DNA from: Haliotis rubra
Taxonomy: Eukaryota
Assembly (NCBI RefSeq): GCF_003918875.1
Contig: NW_025767491.1
Span: forward strand, 248,001-312,000
DNA length: 64,000 nucleotides
Direction of reading: 5' to 3'
Shown here: one piece after another, positions 61,601-64,000 of the stretch
Position numbering within the stretch: the first letter of the stretch is position 1
Layout of the letters: each line of letters opens with the position of its first letter
Program-made: the position numbers and the translations under genes
The notes under the pieces: model-generated
Seen by the model: the letters and a program-made list of their open reading frames with translations, nothing else
Told to the model about the DNA's origin: nothing
Database searches by the model: none

Positions 61601-64000
61601 TACGGTAAAATAAAGTAATTCTAATGTACTCTCGTGTTGTTTGTGGCAGAGACACCTGTGTTAAATAGAATAATTTACATACTCTTACCAAGGTAAAGGT
61701 CACCGGGAAACCGCATTTTGAACATCAGTCCCGTCCCTCTCCGATTCCTCGCAGTTATCGAAAAATAATTAAATTTGTATTCCATGTCAGCCAATCAGAA
61801 CCGCAGAAATTAGACACACACACACACACTTTGTAATTATGTAATATTAGATTTATGAAGAAAATTAGTCGAAGGAAAAGGGAATAGTAATATAACGATA
61901 ATGATTTCACTACTCATTATAGTAGTGCCTTATTCTCTGTGGGTACGGTAACAAAACAGCCACGTCAACATCTCTTCCTCTGTGGGATGGAATGTACTAA
62001 ACAGGTCGATTTTATTTTGTTCGCAGATATCCTTGAGCAAGATAAAGCGCCCTCAACTCCACCGTCTTTGGAAAATACAAGTACGGAATTGTTCGGAGTG
62101 TTCCTACGTGTCACGTCGTGAGAGTAGTACTAATACCCTAATTACTAATCCACACTCATTTACGTGTTCAGTAGGGAGGTAACAAACATTAGAATAAACA
62201 GTGTAAGCTGGTGACTTATCATTCTGTACATGTCCGGTGCTGTAGACAAGAACGATAGCGGTCATCGTGACAGATAAGTGACATGTCATTTTCTCTTGCC
62301 TTGTCTACTTTGCCTTTTTACGGTGAGAACCACTGTCTTACTTCCATATATCGATGGAACCACTCCAATGGTGGGATGCATCGCCTCGCTCTTTGTGTTC
62401 AGTTACATCCTTGCAGGATCCTCTTTTCCTGGTTTTGAATCCGGGTTTATGATCCGCGTATGTTCCCTGGACTGTAAGCTCGACACACAATTAAAATGAA
62501 TTTAACCAAAGAGGCAAACGTCGTAATAAAACTGAGATAATTCTCAGCTTGGGCCGTCTAATAACATACACTAGCAGCTTTGATTACACAATGCCATTTA
62601 GAAAATTGTCAAATGTAACATGTGTTATATTTGGGATTACACTTTCTTAGTAAAGTACCGACGCTGGAGATTCGAACCCACACCTCAGAGTCAGGCACCT
62701 AATCGCCAGCACACTAGCAGCTTGCTGACATAGGTTCAACTTTCGACTTACTAGTATCACTAGGTTTCTTCTGCTTTACAGCAATGTTTCTAAACTTAGG
62801 AACACATATATACTTATGAATTATGAAAAATATGTTTTGTTTAGTGCAAATAGAATAAGAGAAGGGTTAAAATTAGAGGCACCATTTACTCTTCGTCATG
62901 GTTTCAAGAAGTATCACGGCAACGTGATCTTAGATAAAATTATGATGAGAAATACTCCAGACCAAAGGTGAGAGTTTATACCTTTACTGGTGGAACATTA
63001 TCAGTCATTCAACATTATGGTGCATTATACCTTTACTGGTTGAACATTATCAGTCATTCAACATTATGGTGCATTATACCTTTACTGGTTGAACATTATC
63101 AGTCATTCAACATTATGGTGCATTATACCTTTACTGGTTGAACATTATCAGTCATTCAACATTATGGTGCATTATACCTTTACTGGTTGAACATTATCAG
63201 TCAATCAACATTATGGTGCATTATACCTTTGAGATTCAACGAAATCAACGACACTACAAACAGAATAAGAGAGGGGTTAAAATGAGTGGCATCATTTATT
63301 GTATAGCATCATGACGTATAAAGGCAACGCAATCTCAGATAAATATACTGACGTTCAAAAGAAACTACACAACTGATTCTTTGGTAAAATATTTTCCTGA
63401 AAACAGCATTAATATTTAAAAAGTGTTTTGATTCTGCATTGTCACAAACATTGTGCATGTGTTTCCAAAAGACCACAGACTTTGTACCCAATTACAACAT
63501 TGCTAGCAAAATATTGATGGTTTTAATGGGAATAGTCCCAAAACACCAGGTGTGTGCTTTCTTTTGTACGTCAGTATATGTTGAAAAATGCACTAAACCG
63601 AGTTCATACCTAAACAGTATCAGCCAATCATCATTATCAGGACGTAATGCATTATTTTATACCTTTCAGACTTAACGACATCAACGACACTGACAACATT
63701 TCTACGGCATGACGTCACAAGAACGACACAGACCACCACTAGTGCTCCGGGCATATTTGATGTAGAAACACTCCCACTGATCATTGCAGCGTCCGGCGGG
63801 GTAATATTTTGGATAGGAGTCTTGTTATTAATCACGTTTTTCACGTGCAGGAAATCACGGAAATCGAAAAATAGAGTATCACATGAAGGTGATAATATCA
63901 ATAAAAAACTGCAAACGGTGAGCAACAAAAACAATTCTCTGGATGTGAAGTACGTTCCGAAACATCCAAAGGAAGTCAGGATCTACAAGGTGCCAGACCA
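55568..64000 (+). CDS. MAM-domain type I membrane protein with Thr-rich stalk, TM helix and cytoplasmic tail (3'-incomplete; whole-gene span)
   Basis: Exons 55568-55604, 56513-56683, 59437-59705, 61212-61284, 62027-62080, 63670 to beyond 64000. MAM hallmarks CDF..LC..W, FDW, G.YFFY, SP, F.Y.MFG, W, FRVIF.G and IAVDDI; TM LPLIIAASGGVIFWIGVLLLITFFTC followed by RKSRKSK. Confidence 0.88.
56188..56385 (-). mobile_element. Family C, diverged
   Basis: Similarity to the family. Confidence 0.65.
56513..56683 (+). CDS. MAM protein exon 2 (TVECDFNDGNLCQDW...FDW)
   Basis: tttgtag| acceptor, A|GTATGT donor. Confidence 0.9.
58224..58463 (-). mobile_element. Family C, full length
   Basis: 12-bp TSD TTAACATTCTTT. 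Confidence 0.88.
59047..59175 (+). mobile_element. SINE family A, 3'-truncated
   Basis: Similarity to the family. Confidence 0.78.
59437..59705 (+). CDS. MAM protein exon 3 (GDYFFYM...GPFR)
   Basis: cctacag| acceptor, AGG|GTGAGA donor. Confidence 0.9.
59763..60370. repeat. 44-bp pyrimidine-rich minisatellite in MAM gene intron 3
   Basis: TATGTTCCTATATATTTATCACCCTCTCTGTCTATTCGTCTTTG repeats. Confidence 0.9.
60814..60978 (+). mobile_element. SINE family A, full length
   Basis: TSD CTCTATAGCTTC. Confidence 0.9.
61212..61284 (+). CDS. MAM protein exon 4 (VIFQG...IAVDDILIDNA)
   Basis: tctcttcag| acceptor, CAG|GTAAAT donor, MAM C-terminal DDI motif. Confidence 0.92.
61389..61537 (+). mobile_element. 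SINE family A
   Basis: TSD TATAACATGATAG. Confidence 0.82.
62027..62080 (+). CDS. MAM protein exon 5 (linker DILEQDKAPSTPPSLENT)
   Basis: ttttgttcgcag| acceptor, A|GTACGG donor, symmetric phase 1. Confidence 0.6.
62976..63230. repeat. 49-bp tandem repeat, 5 copies
   Basis: TTATACCTTTACTGGTTGAACATTATCAGTCATTCAACATTATGGTGCA. Confidence 0.93.
63670..64000 (+). CDS. MAM protein exon 6 (Thr-rich stalk, TM, cytoplasmic tail; open at window end)
   Basis: acctttcag| acceptor; TTSTTLTT...TTQTTTS, hydrophobic helix, basic stop-transfer segment. Confidence 0.85.

Overview
Eukaryotic, intron-rich, repeat-dense DNA. The SINE/MITE repertoire suggests a mollusc, probably a gastropod such as abalone (inferred from recalled family sequences, not verified). 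I reconstructed three spliced genes by hand, all with phase-consistent GT-AG exons. (1) A 245-aa EXD1/Egalitarian-like DEDDy 3'-5' exonuclease-fold protein with a degenerate active site (minus, 28973-36466). (2) A 337-aa secreted S1 serine protease with an N-terminal six-Cys clip/defensin-like module and a Gly189/Asp226 specificity pocket (minus, 41726-48081). (3) A single-pass MAM-domain membrane protein with a Thr-rich stalk (plus, 55568 to beyond the window end). The rest holds a defective CACTA/EnSpm (CMC) transposon, hAT and Harbinger-type MITEs, three abundant SINE-like families, Penelope-like termini, several minisatellites and N-interrupted repeats. Best leads: a conserved pseudoknot-like head in a non-tRNA SINE-like family, a 3.5-kb intronic minisatellite built from a SINE head, the pseudonuclease and the unusual protease. 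The first ~18 kb has splice-bounded islands that I could not assemble into a confident gene. Most ORFs in the supplied track are artefacts of repeats.
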